Origin: Candidatus Nealsonbacteria bacterium
GTDB taxonomy: Bacteria > Patescibacteriota > Minisyncoccia > Minisyncoccales > RBG-13-36-15
Direction: 5' to 3'
Assembly: GCA_011050465.1 (NCBI GenBank)
Contig: DRFQ01000009.1
Coordinates: forward strand, 334-64,333
Length of the DNA stretch: 64,000 bases
Of the stretch, positions 63,964-64,000 are shown one piece after another. Each line of letters opens with the position of its first letter. The stretch's first letter is position 1. The notes below the pieces were generated by a model, which searched no databases, was not told where the DNA came from, and worked only from the letters and a program-made list of their open reading frames with translations. The translations under genes were made by a program, and so were the position numbers.

Positions 63964-64000
63964 GAATCGATACTTCGGCAGACTCAGTATCAACCCTGAG

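Overview
This is an AT-rich window with short intergenic regions. The gene content suggests a small-genome, CPR/Patescibacteria-like bacterium: gatCAB indirect aminoacylation, secE-nusG-rplK with no rplA, and a DUF5667-like secreted protein. This placement is an inference. Standard code 11 is supported by a prfB gene with the classic CTT-TGA +1 frameshift. Positions 1-37.4 kb hold core housekeeping genes: proS, mreB, gatCAB, pheST, gyrB, secE-nusG-rplK, miaAB, thrS, dnaE, prfB, ftsEX and a tRNA-Met/Met/Asp operon. This core is interrupted by a dcd/thyX/nudix/deoC deoxynucleotide cluster. Several essential genes carry short in-frame GC-rich palindromic insertions. From tRNA-Gln (37388-37461) to about 60.9 kb lies a mosaic accessory region. 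It is delimited by repeated copies of the tRNA-Gln 3-prime end and by GACCGAG-containing junction modules. The first part is an 8.7-kb element with a large serine recombinase, a LexA-like repressor, and an hsdM / OLD-family ATPase-nuclease / hsdS / small SNase operon with no hsdR. Next come small plus-strand cassettes, including a polyprenyl synthase flanked by 147-bp direct repeats. The last part is a 9.4-kb, GC-richer six-gene cell-surface cluster: two fibre-like paralogues, a chaperone-like membrane protein, and a dockerin protein with two cohesin-like anchors. No CRISPR array, rRNA or reverse transcriptase was seen. All homology calls rest on motif reading by eye, not on searches.
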